DNA of 64,000 nucleotides from Halorutilales archaeon Cl-col2-1 (GCA_041891055.1 CP169074.1:1152001-1216000), one strand, 5' to 3'. Shown: positions 19,723 to 29,790, counted from the first letter of the stretch. Program-made: numbers and translations. The notes: a model not told the origin generated them from the sequence alone.

Positions 19723-20277
19723 ATGACAATAGACGACCTCAACGACGAGATAAGGAGCTGTACGAGATGTGACGACCTCGTTGACAACAGGACACGCCCA
19801 GTTCCGAACCAGGGCGATCCCGACGCAGACATCCTGATCGTGGGCAAGATGGTGGGGTACAGGGACGACGAGAAGGGACTGCCCTACCAGGGCGAGGCGG
19901 GAAAGACTGTCGACTACGTTCTCGATGCCTACGACACGACGCGCGAAGACGTCTTTCTCACCAACCTCACGCGGTGTTATCCGCCCGAGAGCCGTAACCC
20001 GACGAAGGAGGAACTCGACCACTGCGCCGAGTACTTCAACCAGGAGCTTGAGATAGTCGACCCCGACTACATAGTCGCACTCGGGAAGCTCACAGCCGAG
20101 AGACTCCTCGGCAGGGACGTCAAGCTCGAGGACGAACACGGCGAGGTCTACAACTACTCGACACTCACCTTCCAGTCGAAAGTCGTCGTGACCTACAACG
20201 TCGGATCAGTCCAGTACGATCCCACGAAGAGGGACACGATAGTCGAGGACATCGAGCCCGTGTTTGAGAGAGAATAG
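19723..20277 (+). CDS. UDG family 4-like protein with divergent catalytic motifs
   Basis: Four Fe-S cysteines retained; GKMVG replaces GEAPG and YNVGS replaces YHPAA. Confidence 0.8.
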   Translation: MTIDDLNDEIRSCTRCDDLVDNRTRPVPNQGDPDADILIVGKMVGYRDDEKGLPYQGEAGKTVDYVLDAYDTTREDVFLTNLTRCYPPESRNPTKEELDHCAEYFNQELEIVDPDYIVALGKLTAERLLGRDVKLEDEHGEVYNYSTLTFQSKVVVTYNVGSVQYDPTKRDTIVEDIEPVFERE

Positions 20278-20345
20278 ACTGATTCTCTGAGTTCGACACG
20301 AGTCAACACCCATCCTTATGACGTAACACTCCGTAGACAGATCTA

Positions 20346-20642
20346 ATGGCAGAGATAGTCTCGACAGAGGACGTTCTGGGAGGTGCGCCGCGTATCGAGG
20401 GGAGACGTATCGGAGTCCACCATATCGCCAGACGTGTGATCGACGCCGGCGAGTCTCCCGAACAGGTCGCCGCCGACTACGACCTCGCTGTCGCTGACGT
20501 CCACCGGGCTCTCGTCTACTACTACGACAACCCGACCGAGATGCGCGAGGTTCAGGAAGACCGTAGGTCAGTACCTGAGGACTTAGACGTTGTTCATCCC
20601 GAGGATTTCGAAGCCGAGACGGGATCGGAGACTAAGGCGTGA
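20346..20642 (+). CDS. DUF433 protein (antitoxin-like)
   Basis: VLGGAPRIEGRRIGV and ALVYYYDNPTEM. Confidence 0.88.
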   Translation: MAEIVSTEDVLGGAPRIEGRRIGVHHIARRVIDAGESPEQVAADYDLAVADVHRALVYYYDNPTEMREVQEDRRSVPEDLDVVHPEDFEAETGSETKA

Positions 20643-20747
20643 TCGACTCAGTGACCGACGACCTCACACAGACTCTTCTATTCGTTCCTGGCAACTGGCT
20701 TTAGATACTGACCCCCATCTTTTACGCCTCGACTGCGTAGGGGATGT

Positions 20748-21170
20748 ATGTCCTCAGACACAGACTCAGACCCACAGACCGAAGACCTGCCAGAGACAGA
20801 AGACGAGTGGCGCGACCGTCTCACGGAGGAGGAGTACAGGATACTCCGTGAGTCGGGTACCGAGCCGAGTTTCAGCGGCGAGTACGTCGACGAGAAGAGG
20901 GACGGCACCTACGTATGTGCTGGCTGCGGCGCGGAGCTATTCTCGTCCGACGAGAAGTTCGAGTCGGGCACCGGCTGGCCCAGCTTCTGGGACGCTGTCG
21001 ACGACAACATAGAGTTACAGCCCGACCACAGCCTCGGAAGGACGAGGACGGAGGTCGTCTGCGCGAGATGTGGGGGGCATCTCGGACACGTCTTCGACGA
21101 CGGTCCAGACCCGACGGGTAAGAGGTACTGCATAAACTCGGTGGCTCTCGACTTCGAGTCCGAGGAGTAG
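20748..21170 (+). CDS. msrB: Peptide-methionine (R)-S-oxide reductase
   Basis: GTGWPSF, HLGHVFDDGP, RYCINS. Confidence 0.97.
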   Translation: MSSDTDSDPQTEDLPETEDEWRDRLTEEEYRILRESGTEPSFSGEYVDEKRDGTYVCAGCGAELFSSDEKFESGTGWPSFWDAVDDNIELQPDHSLGRTRTEVVCARCGGHLGHVFDDGPDPTGKRYCINSVALDFESEE

Positions 21171-21178
21171 CTACATAC

Positions 21179-22462
21179 TTACTCTCCTGACTCGACCTCA
21201 GCGCCGAGCGACCCCATGGCTTCGACGAAGTCGGGGTACGAGACAGAGACGCTCTCGGCGGTGTCGACTACTGTCTCTCCGTCAGCGACGAGTCCCGCGA
21301 GGCTGAGTGCCATGACTATACGGTGGTCGTGGTGTCCCGAGACGTCGGCTCCTCTCAGATCCGTCGCGTCGCCGTCTACGACGAGGTAGTCTTGACCCTC
21401 CTCTATCTCAGCGCCGAGCTTTCGGAGCTCCTCGGTGATTACGGCGAGTCTGTCGGTCTCCTTGTATCTCAGGTGTTCGGCGTCGTAGATACGTGTCTCT
21501 CCCTGAGCTACGGCTCCGAGTACAGCCACAGTAGGGACGAGGTCGGGCGAGTCAGAGGCGTCGAACTCAGTGCCCGAAAGATCGCCTGACGCGACCCTCA
21601 CGACTCCCTCCTCGGTGTCCCAGTCGACGTCGGCTCCCATTCTGTCAAGGACGTCGAGTATCACCGAGTCGCCCTGTGGTCCCGGGAAGAGGTTCTCGAC
21701 TTCGACCTCACCGCCCGCTATGGCTCCCGCCGCGAGGGGATACGACGCGCTCGAGAAGTCACCCGGGACTCGGAACTCGCCCAGGTCGTAGGTCTGGTCT
21801 CCCTCGACGTCGAAGCCGGCTTGAGTCTCTTCGTAATCTATTCCGGCTTCGTCGAGGACTTCGAGTGTTATGTCGACGTAGGGTCTACTCCTGAGTTCGT
21901 TCTCTATCTCGATATCTACGCCGTCGGGAGTCAAGGGCGCGGCGAAGAGGAGTGACGATATGAACTGGGACGAGACAGTGCCGTCTATCGACGTTTCACG
22001 TCGGTCTATGCTCCCGTCGACGACGAGGGGTGCACAGCCGTTCCGTCTCGTAGAGAAGGCGTCTGGACCGAGCTCTGAGACCGACTTGAGAAGAGGGTCG
22101 TTGGGACGTGACCTCAGGCTGCGGTCTCCCGTGAGAACCGTCGTGTCGTCGGTGACTGCGGCGGTTCCCGTGAAGAGACGGAGCGTAGTCCCCGAGTTTC
22201 CACAGTCGAGGACGTCGTCGGGAGTCTCAGGCGAACACGACACCCCGTCGACGGAGAGGCTACCGTCGTCCTCGTCTTCGACCTTGGCTCCGAAGCCCTC
22301 GGCACACCGTATGCTAGCCCTTACGTCGGCACTCATCAGGGGGTCGAGTACACGCGCTTCGTCGGAGAGAGATCCTGCGAGCACGGCACGGTGGGAGTAG
22401 CTCTTGCTCGGAGGTGCTGAGACACGTCCCGAGACTTCTGAGGGAGAGACTCTGATCTTCAT
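21179..22462 (-). CDS. aroA: 3-phosphoshikimate 1-carboxyvinyltransferase
   Basis: PPSKSYSHR, GNSGTTLR, SSQFISSLL, KETDR, DHRIVM. Confidence 0.97.
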   Translation of the reverse strand: MKIRVSPSEVSGRVSAPPSKSYSHRAVLAGSLSDEARVLDPLMSADVRASIRCAEGFGAKVEDEDDGSLSVDGVSCSPETPDDVLDCGNSGTTLRLFTGTAAVTDDTTVLTGDRSLRSRPNDPLLKSVSELGPDAFSTRRNGCAPLVVDGSIDRRETSIDGTVSSQFISSLLFAAPLTPDGVDIEIENELRSRPYVDITLEVLDEAGIDYEETQAGFDVEGDQTYDLGEFRVPGDFSSASYPLAAGAIAGGEVEVENLFPGPQGDSVILDVLDRMGADVDWDTEEGVVRVASGDLSGTEFDASDSPDLVPTVAVLGAVAQGETRIYDAEHLRYKETDRLAVITEELRKLGAEIEEGQDYLVVDGDATDLRGADVSGHHDHRIVMALSLAGLVADGETVVDTAESVSVSYPDFVEAMGSLGAEVESGE

Positions 22463-22573
22463 ACCCCGACTTCGTGGGATACGTCTTTGAATCTGTCGCT
22501 GTCGGCTGTCGGAGATGCCGAGAGGTCGACTCAGAGAGGAACGCAGATATACCTCGGGAACCTACGGCGTGTG

Positions 22574-22957
22574 ATGGAGTCAGACGACTCAGCGCCGAGA
22601 CACGTCGAGGGAAGATGTGACCTCGGTGACTGCGACAGCTTAGCCACGCGTGCGTACGTCGACTCCGACGGCGAGATATACATAGAGGTCTGTCCGAGCC
22701 ACGGAGAAAGCTTAGAGTCGGAGTTCGACTCCGACTACGACGAGGTCGAACGTGACAGTCCGTACCGCGACGAACCCGAGAGACACGAGTCACACGCGTG
22801 TGGAGGTCAAGTTGAGATACACGAGACTCCCGACGGCTACGAGTACCGAGTCTGCGACTCGTGTGACTACGCGCTTCTGATAGACGACTCGGGCGAAGGA
22901 GACGGAAACGGAGAAGGCGGCGGGATGGAGGTCGAGTACGTCGATCGCCGAACGTAA
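22574..22957 (+). CDS. Small acidic putative zinc-binding protein
   Basis: CDLGDC, CPSH, HACGG, CDSCD; likely start ATG 22574. Confidence 0.65.
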   Translation: MESDDSAPRHVEGRCDLGDCDSLATRAYVDSDGEIYIEVCPSHGESLESEFDSDYDEVERDSPYRDEPERHESHACGGQVEIHETPDGYEYRVCDSCDYALLIDDSGEGDGNGEGGGMEVEYVDRRT

Positions 22958-22995
22958 CCACAACTGCTTTCGGCTCTCGACACGCCTTACGACTA

Positions 22996-24768
22996 ATGAG
23001 CGACAGCGATCTTATTGCCGTGGTCGACGACGAGAAATGCAACCCCGACAAATGCGACCACGAGTGTGTCAACTTCGATCCCCTCAACAGGTCTCCGACG
23101 GGACCCGAGGGTTTCCACATAGACGAGGAGGTCGGAAAGGCACGTATCTCCGAGCAGGCGGTCATGGAGGGACACACGATCTCGGCGAAGAAATGCCCCT
23201 TCGACGCGATACAGCTTGTCAACCTCAAGAAAGAAACAGGCGAGAAGCTCCACCAGTACGGCGAGAACCAGTTCCGTCTCTACGGTCTTCCCGCGCCACA
23301 GGAGGGCGAGGTCGTGGGTCTCCTCGGTAGGAACGGCATAGGTAAGTCGACCGCCCTAAGGATACTCTCGGGTGATCTCAAGCCCAACCTCGGAAGATAC
23401 GACGAGGATGTGGACTGGGACGAGATCACTACAGAGCACCGGGGCACGTCTTTACAGACCTACTTCGAGAGACTCGCAGAAGACGACATAACCGCGTCGT
23501 TCAAGATACAGAGGGTAGACGACATAAAGAAGTCTTTCACCGGAGAAGTGGGTGAACTCCTCGACCAACTCGACGAGGGGGGAAACGTCGACAGTCTCGT
23601 GGACGCTCTCGACATGGAGTCGTTCGTCGGAAACCGGGTGAGCGACCTCTCGGGCGGAGAGCTACAGAGGGTCGCAGTCGCGGGCTGTCTCGTACGTGAC
23701 GCCGACGTATACCTGATAGACGAGCCGTCGTCGTTCCTCGACGTCGAACAGCGTCTCAACGTCGCACGTGCGATACGTGACGAGACAGACGACAGGTACT
23801 GTGTGGTCGTAGAACACGACCTCGCGACACTCGACCTACTCGCCGATATCGTCCACGTCGTCCACGGAGAGCCCGGGGCATACGGTATGGTCTCGAACGC
23901 TATGACCTCGCGAGTAGGTATCAACCAGTACCTCGAAGGCTACCTCAAGAGCCACAACCTGCGTATAAGGAGCGACTCGATAAACTTCGCGGGAGGTACG
24001 GGGAGCAAGATGAGGGGCGACGTCCTGATGGAGTATCCCGGGTTCGAGAAGTCGTTCGACTCTTTCTCTCTCGACGTAGACGCGGGCGAGGTACACGAGT
24101 CAGAGGTTCTGGGTATAGTCGGACAGAACGCCATGGGTAAGACGACCTTCGCGAAGATGCTCGCGGGCGAACTCGAACCCGACAACACCGACTTCGAGTC
24201 TCCGGTTCCGATCTCGTACAAGCCCCAGCATATATCCGCGCCAAAGGGGACAGTCAGGTTCGCTCTGTCACAGGTCGCCGACATAAGCTCGACGTCGTTC
24301 CAGACACGTGTCGAGAAGCCTCTCGACCTCAAGGAGCTTTATGACAGAGACCCCGAAGACCTCTCGGGTGGAGAGTTACAGAGGGTCGGAATCGCGGCGT
24401 GTCTCGGAAGGGACGCGAGCCTACATCTCTTAGATGAGCCCTCCGCGTATCTCGACGTCGAGACACGTGTCAGCCTCGCGAAGAGCCTCAGACGTTTCGC
24501 ACGTGACACCGAGCGTCCGGTCGTCGTGATAGACCACGACCTCGTCTTCCTCGACTACATCAGCGACCGCGTGATGGTCTTCGAGGGCGAGTCAGGGGTC
24601 GAGGGACACGGAAGACAGCCCGAGAAGGTCAAGGATGGCTTCAACCGTTTCCTCAAGCAGGTCGACATCACCTTCCGGAAAGACCCCGACACCGGAAGAC
24701 CCCGAGCGAACAAGCCCGAGAGCCAGAAGGACAAGACACAGAGGAAGGAGAACGAGTACTACGCGTAA
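22996..24768 (+). CDS. Ribosome recycling ATPase ABCE1/Rli1
   Basis: N-terminal Fe-S domain, two NBDs (GRNGIGKST, GQNAMGKTT), LSGGELQR twice, TFRKDPDTGRPRANK. Confidence 0.96.
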   Translation: MSDSDLIAVVDDEKCNPDKCDHECVNFDPLNRSPTGPEGFHIDEEVGKARISEQAVMEGHTISAKKCPFDAIQLVNLKKETGEKLHQYGENQFRLYGLPAPQEGEVVGLLGRNGIGKSTALRILSGDLKPNLGRYDEDVDWDEITTEHRGTSLQTYFERLAEDDITASFKIQRVDDIKKSFTGEVGELLDQLDEGGNVDSLVDALDMESFVGNRVSDLSGGELQRVAVAGCLVRDADVYLIDEPSSFLDVEQRLNVARAIRDETDDRYCVVVEHDLATLDLLADIVHVVHGEPGAYGMVSNAMTSRVGINQYLEGYLKSHNLRIRSDSINFAGGTGSKMRGDVLMEYPGFEKSFDSFSLDVDAGEVHESEVLGIVGQNAMGKTTFAKMLAGELEPDNTDFESPVPISYKPQHISAPKGTVRFALSQVADISSTSFQTRVEKPLDLKELYDRDPEDLSGGELQRVGIAACLGRDASLHLLDEPSAYLDVETRVSLAKSLRRFARDTERPVVVIDHDLVFLDYISDRVMVFEGESGVEGHGRQPEKVKDGFNRFLKQVDITFRKDPDTGRPRANKPESQKDKTQRKENEYYA

Positions 24769-25003
24769 GGTCAGTCACGCATCCTTCACGTAGCCAGCAT
24801 AAACTGGTCATATACCCAGTTAAACTCCCTAAACTACCTTAGACATAAATATAATAAAAGTAAATTTAGTCTGCGTGCTATTCTGATGCATGGATCTGAA
24901 CGTGCAGAAACTTTATGTAGGTAGAGGTGCAAGGTTAGAACGCGTAGGAGTTACTCATACGTAAGTCGAACAGTCAGACAGATACCCCAGATACAGACAA
25001 GAT

Positions 25004-25183
25004 ATGTTGAGCAAGATAATCTCAGAACCCGAAGACTGTGAAGAGTGTGACCTCAAAGCCGAAAACAGGGTCATACTCGACGGCGGCACCGAGAAGCTTC
25101 TCTGTGGGACTCACGCTGATGAGATCATGGAGAACCGACCCATGGAGATAAAGATGATACAGGACGTCTCTATCTGGGGCTGA
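25004..25183 (+). CDS. 59-aa putative zinc-finger microprotein (not in ORF track)
   Basis: Hand translation MLSKIISEPEDCEECDLKAENRVILDGGTEKLLCGTHADEIMENRPMEIKMIQDVSIWG; CxxC...CxxH. Confidence 0.7.
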   Translation: MLSKIISEPEDCEECDLKAENRVILDGGTEKLLCGTHADEIMENRPMEIKMIQDVSIWG

Positions 25184-26189
25184 CTCGCGTCTCTTCTACG
25201 ACTCCCTCGACGGTCTCCGAGAGCCATCCCTCCTCGACGTACCTGTCGTAGACGGGGAGTCTCTCTACGAGTTCGACACCAGCCTCGTCGGCGACTTCTT
25301 CTAGTTCTCTTACCGCAGGCCAGTCGTAGTCGGGATTTATGTAGTCGTCCGTCACAGGAGAGACTCCTCCTAAGTCGCCCGCACCCGCCTCGACGAGTGA
25401 GGCGAGTCTCTGGGTTCCCGATAAGTTAGGAGGAACCTGAACCTCGACGTCGTCGGGGAGTCCGTACCGCGCCATAGCGACGACACGTCTCATCTCTTCG
25501 AGAGAGGGTCTCGCGTACTCCGACCTCTCGTTGGGGACGACGTTCTGGACTATGACCTCCTGTATATGTCGGTGTCTCTCGTGGAGCCGTCGTATCTCAA
25601 GTATCGACTCCGCCCTGTCACGCCAAGTCTCTCCTATTCCGACGAGTATCCCGGTCGTGAACGGAACTCCCGCCTTACCGGCGTCGTCTATCGCCTGTAT
25701 ACGTCTCTCGGGCTTCTTCGTCTCGAATCCAGCGTGGGCGTCGACCTCAGCCGTGGTTTCGAGCATCAGTCCCATAGACGCGTTTACCTCGCTCAGACGC
25801 CGAATCTCGTCTAGTTCGAGTACACCCGGGTTCGAGTGAGGCAGAACACCCATCTCGAGTGCCGTCTCACACGTCTCGTAGAGGTAGTCTAAGACTGTGT
25901 CGTGTCCCATCGCGTCGAGTCTCTCGTCTATATCCGGATAGACCTCGGGACGTGTCCCGAACGAGAAGAGAGCCTCCGTACATCCCGTCTCCTCAGCAGT
26001 TTCGAGAGTCTCCTCGACCTCTTCCCACGACATAATCTCGGCGTTCCCGGCTTCATCGTAGAAGGCACAGTAGTCACACGCGTTCTTACACGCCGTCGTT
26101 AGGGGAAGGAAGACGTTACGCGCGAAAGAGACCTCGTCGGGCTTGTCGACGTCTTCGGGGTCGACTTCTAAGAGATCGTCAGCCTCCAT
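25170..26189 (-). CDS. cofG: FO synthase subunit CofG
   Basis: Radical SAM CKNACDYC, PHSNPG, SMGLMLE, DLGGVSPVTDDYINP. Confidence 0.95.
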   Translation of the reverse strand: MEADDLLEVDPEDVDKPDEVSFARNVFLPLTTACKNACDYCAFYDEAGNAEIMSWEEVEETLETAEETGCTEALFSFGTRPEVYPDIDERLDAMGHDTVLDYLYETCETALEMGVLPHSNPGVLELDEIRRLSEVNASMGLMLETTAEVDAHAGFETKKPERRIQAIDDAGKAGVPFTTGILVGIGETWRDRAESILEIRRLHERHRHIQEVIVQNVVPNERSEYARPSLEEMRRVVAMARYGLPDDVEVQVPPNLSGTQRLASLVEAGAGDLGGVSPVTDDYINPDYDWPAVRELEEVADEAGVELVERLPVYDRYVEEGWLSETVEGVVEETRVSPR

Positions 26190-26823
26190 CGTCGAGCCTC
26201 CTGAGGTCGACGCGTCTCTCGTCGTTCTCGACGACTTCGAACCTCTCGGCGATGTAGTCGTGCGACATCGCTTCGCCGTGGAGGAGAACCTCTATGAGGT
26301 CGTCGGGTTCGTCTACGTCGGTCGAGAGACGGAACGAGTCTACGGTAGATGTATCGATTCCACGTGACCTCGCGGTTTCGAGATGGTCGGTGTAGCTAGT
26401 CCCGTGGTAGTCGACCTCGAACTCAGACGTCCACGAGACGAATGCGTTCGTCCCTCCGTTTCTCCCGGGGGCTAAAGACAGATCCGTGTCGCCTCCCCTC
26501 TCCACGAGACGCCGCACAGAGTCAGGTGTAGCTATACAGACGTCCGACATCACGACACCGACGGGAGCCTCGTCGAGGACGGAGTTTACTGCGGGGGTCA
26601 ACGGTTCGGGACAGATACGTGTCTCGTAGCCGAGGTCGAAGCCGGGGTCGTATCCGTCGAGTCGGTGAGTCGTGAGTACGACGGGGTCGTGTCCCGACTC
26701 TTCGACAGCCGAGTAGACGTCGTCGAGCATACAGAAGCTAAACTCGACCCTCTCGTCGGGAGACAGGAGGCGTGAGAGACGTGTCTTCGGGCTCTCGGGC
26801 TTGAACGGGATGTAGAAGAGCAT
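26179..26823 (-). CDS. cofC: 2-phospho-L-lactate/PEP guanylyltransferase
   Basis: PKTRLS, GGTNA, DVDEPDDL; coupled to cofG. Confidence 0.93.
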   Translation of the reverse strand: MLFYIPFKPESPKTRLSRLLSPDERVEFSFCMLDDVYSAVEESGHDPVVLTTHRLDGYDPGFDLGYETRICPEPLTPAVNSVLDEAPVGVVMSDVCIATPDSVRRLVERGGDTDLSLAPGRNGGTNAFVSWTSEFEVDYHGTSYTDHLETARSRGIDTSTVDSFRLSTDVDEPDDLIEVLLHGEAMSHDYIAERFEVVENDERRVDLRRLDDGG

Positions 26824-26826
26824 CGA

Positions 26827-27834
26827 TCAGAAGAGTTCGCGCCAGAGACTGTTCTTGTACTTGTCTCCGCGGTCACAGAACGGAGTGACTATACACGCCT
26901 CGTCAGGGTTCTCCATCTCCTCGGCTATGTTGATACACGCCTCTAAGTTGGCTCCCGAAGACGTCCCGACGAGGAACTCGTCGTCGACCCTCATGACATC
27001 ACGCACAGTCTCCTCCGAGAACTGCCCGGGATCGACTATCTCTGGGTCGTAGTCGTCGTACCTCTCACGCAGGTCGCGCGCGTTCTCGTACGCCTTGTCG
27101 GTGGATATGTAGAGCTTCCTGTCTGGAAGACTCTCGTCGTAGATGTCAGGGACGTAATGTCCCTCGCCCTTCACGTACTTGAGACCGTCTATGGCGTGGA
27201 GCGAATCGTCGGGCTCGACAGCGACGGACGTCACAGAGGGGTCGGCGTTCTTGAGACCTCTCGATGTTCCGGTTATAGTCCCTCCTGTTCCGACCCCTGC
27301 GACGAAATGTGTGACACAGCCGTCGGTCTGGTCGAGTATCTCGGGCGCAGTAGTCTCCTCGTGGGCGAGAGGATTGTTGGGGTTCTCGTACTGGTTGGGC
27401 ATGTAGTAGGTATCGGGGTTTTCCTCCAGAATTTCGTGTGCCCTGTCTATCACGGCGTCGTATCCCTCCATCGCGTCTGTGAACTCTATCTCGGCACCCG
27501 TCTCCTCGACCGTCTTTATCTTGCCCTCGCCGGCGTTGTCGGGCATCACTATCAGAACGTCGTATCCCCTGTTCCGTGCGATCTTAGCGACCTCGCTCCC
27601 CGTGTTCCCGCTCGTGGGCTCTATTACAGTCTTTCCTTGCGTGAGATCGCCCGACTCCTCGGCTCCATCCACCATATAGAGAGCGGGACGTGACTTCACC
27701 GACCCGCCGCCGTAGGGAGTCGAGTGGAGATTGAACCATTCGAGCTTCGCGTATATATTTGCTCCTGCGGGCTCTCCCACCCCCTCTATCTTGACGAGAG
27801 GGGTATCACCTATCTCAGACTCGTCTATCTCCAT
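26827..27834 (-). CDS. PLP-dependent cysteine synthase-family protein
   Basis: GSVKSR, EPTSGNTG, GVGTGGT. Confidence 0.9.
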   Translation of the reverse strand: MEIDESEIGDTPLVKIEGVGEPAGANIYAKLEWFNLHSTPYGGGSVKSRPALYMVDGAEESGDLTQGKTVIEPTSGNTGSEVAKIARNRGYDVLIVMPDNAGEGKIKTVEETGAEIEFTDAMEGYDAVIDRAHEILEENPDTYYMPNQYENPNNPLAHEETTAPEILDQTDGCVTHFVAGVGTGGTITGTSRGLKNADPSVTSVAVEPDDSLHAIDGLKYVKGEGHYVPDIYDESLPDRKLYISTDKAYENARDLRERYDDYDPEIVDPGQFSEETVRDVMRVDDEFLVGTSSGANLEACINIAEEMENPDEACIVTPFCDRGDKYKNSLWRELF

Positions 27835-27929
27835 TCTTGTTTGTTATATGAGAACAAGATTATAAAACAGTTCTCTGTTGACTCAGACTAAGCACAAACT
27901 ACTAACGTCAGACACGTTTAGAGTCTCGC

Positions 27930-28538
27930 ATGAAGAACATCGACGACCTCATGGAGAGCGCTCGGGAGCTCCAGGACAGGGGGCTCAAGACGGGTGAGAT
28001 TGCCGACGAGCTCAACGTCTCGCGGGAGACAGTCAACTGGCTCCTGTCGCAGGACAGCGGCGAGGAAGAAGAAGTTCCGTCGGACATACACGTCGACTGG
28101 TCGGCGATAGGCGGAAGCTCGAAACGTCTCAGCTTAGTCTCTCAGGCTCTCGTCGACCTCATACGTGAGGACGTCGGAGATGAGGTAGAGGTCGTCGTCG
28201 GTATAGCGAAAGCCGGCACTCCCGTAGCGAGTCTCGTGGCTGAGGAGCTCGGCTGTGAGCTCGCCGACTACACGCCAAGGAAACAGAAATGGACGGGTGA
28301 GGAGTACGACAGTCTCAGAGGTTCGTTCAGCCGTAACTTCGCCGACGTCGGGGGGAAGAAATGCGTCATAGTCGACGACGTCGTCACGAGCGGCACGACA
28401 ATGACTGAGGCAATACGTTTCGTCGAGGAGAAGAACGGCGACCCGATAAGTGCCGCAGTCCTCGCCAACAAGTCTAACGAGACAGTCATAGACGGCGTCA
28501 GGATAAACTCGCTGATACAGGTTGTCCCCGTCGAGTAG
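27930..28538 (+). CDS. gfcR: HTH-phosphoribosyltransferase-fold regulator (GfcR-like)
   Basis: GEIADELNVSRETVNWL plus VDDVVTSGTT. Confidence 0.85.
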   Translation: MKNIDDLMESARELQDRGLKTGEIADELNVSRETVNWLLSQDSGEEEEVPSDIHVDWSAIGGSSKRLSLVSQALVDLIREDVGDEVEVVVGIAKAGTPVASLVAEELGCELADYTPRKQKWTGEEYDSLRGSFSRNFADVGGKKCVIVDDVVTSGTTMTEAIRFVEEKNGDPISAAVLANKSNETVIDGVRINSLIQVVPVE

Positions 28539-28550
28539 AGACTAAAACGA

Positions 28551-29249
28551 ATGTCGGACGTAGCTCACGACAGGCGTCTTACTACGGGAAGCGACTCGCT
28601 CGACTCTCTCTTGGGGGGAGGGTTCAGACGGGGCTCCGTCGCACAGGTATACGGCTCACCGGGGACAGGCAAGACCAACATCTGTCTCCAGACCGCGGTC
28701 GAGACTATACGTTCGGGCGGGAGCGTCGTCTACATCGACACCGAGGGTATAAGCATAGAGAGGTTCAGACAGATCGCGGGCGAGTCATACGAGGAGACTG
28801 CACGCGACTTCATAATAAACGAGGTCTACGACTTCGAGGATCAGGACGCCGCAGTGAAGGACGTCGAGAACGTGGCGTCGGAGGTCGACCTAGTCGTGCT
28901 CGACTCGGCAACAGGACTATACAGGATACAGGATCTCGACGGAGGCGGTGACAAGGGCGACAGATCCCCTCTCAAACGTCTCACGCGACAGGTCGCCCAT
29001 CTCACCTCTCTCGCGCGGAAACACGGAGTCGCGGTCGTCGTCACGAACCAGATATACACCAACATAGACGGGAAAGAAGACGAAGATGAGTACAGCCCTC
29101 TCGGGGGAAAGAGCATAGAGCACTGGACAAAGACCATCGTGCGCCTCACCAACCACGGCGGTAGACGTGAGGCTGTACTCGAAAAACACCTCTCGCGCGA
29201 GACAGGAGAGTCAGCTACCTTCTCGATCACCTCCGACGGCGTAGAATGA
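28551..29249 (+). CDS. radB: DNA repair protein RadB
   Basis: GSPGTGKT, YIDTEG, VVTNQ, LEKH; no RadA N-terminal domain. Confidence 0.93.
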   Translation: MSDVAHDRRLTTGSDSLDSLLGGGFRRGSVAQVYGSPGTGKTNICLQTAVETIRSGGSVVYIDTEGISIERFRQIAGESYEETARDFIINEVYDFEDQDAAVKDVENVASEVDLVVLDSATGLYRIQDLDGGGDKGDRSPLKRLTRQVAHLTSLARKHGVAVVVTNQIYTNIDGKEDEDEYSPLGGKSIEHWTKTIVRLTNHGGRREAVLEKHLSRETGESATFSITSDGVE

Positions 29250-29292
29250 GAAAACAATTTATGGTCTCGGAGACATCCCGTACCAAGCATAT

Positions 29293-29790
29293 ATGATAGT
29301 CACTATGACTCTGGAGCTGAGCGACGAGCCGGGGGAACTCCTCAAGGCTCTGACACCTATCTCCGAACACGGAGGGAATATAGTCAGCGTCACACATCAG
29401 AGGGGAAACGTGACTCCCCGCGGGACTCTTCCCGTCGAGATCACCTTCGAGATCGTTGAGGGGAGACACGAGGATCTGATCGAGGACCTCCGGAGCAAGG
29501 GCGTCCGTATAGCCCAGTTCGGTGAGGAGAAGTTCCACGAGTCGGTAACTCTCGTTCTCGTAGGACACATAATAAGAGGTGACATAACCGACACGATAGA
29601 GAGCATAGAGATAGACGGCGTCAAGGTCGTCGACTTCTCGCTCGCTATACCCGAGGAGTCTGAGGAGACTTCGAGCGCGCGTCTCACGATAAACGCGACG
29701 TCCGACGAGAAGATAGACGAAGCGATGGATCTCGTCGAGGACGTCTGTGAGACGAAGGATCTCTTAAAGATGGAGCCGATAGGGGTATGA
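29293..29790 (+). CDS. ACT-domain regulator associated with homoserine dehydrogenase
   Basis: DEPGELLKAL...GGNIVSVTH; overlaps hom start. Confidence 0.88.
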   Translation: MIVTMTLELSDEPGELLKALTPISEHGGNIVSVTHQRGNVTPRGTLPVEITFEIVEGRHEDLIEDLRSKGVRIAQFGEEKFHESVTLVLVGHIIRGDITDTIESIEIDGVKVVDFSLAIPEESEETSSARLTINATSDEKIDEAMDLVEDVCETKDLLKMEPIGV

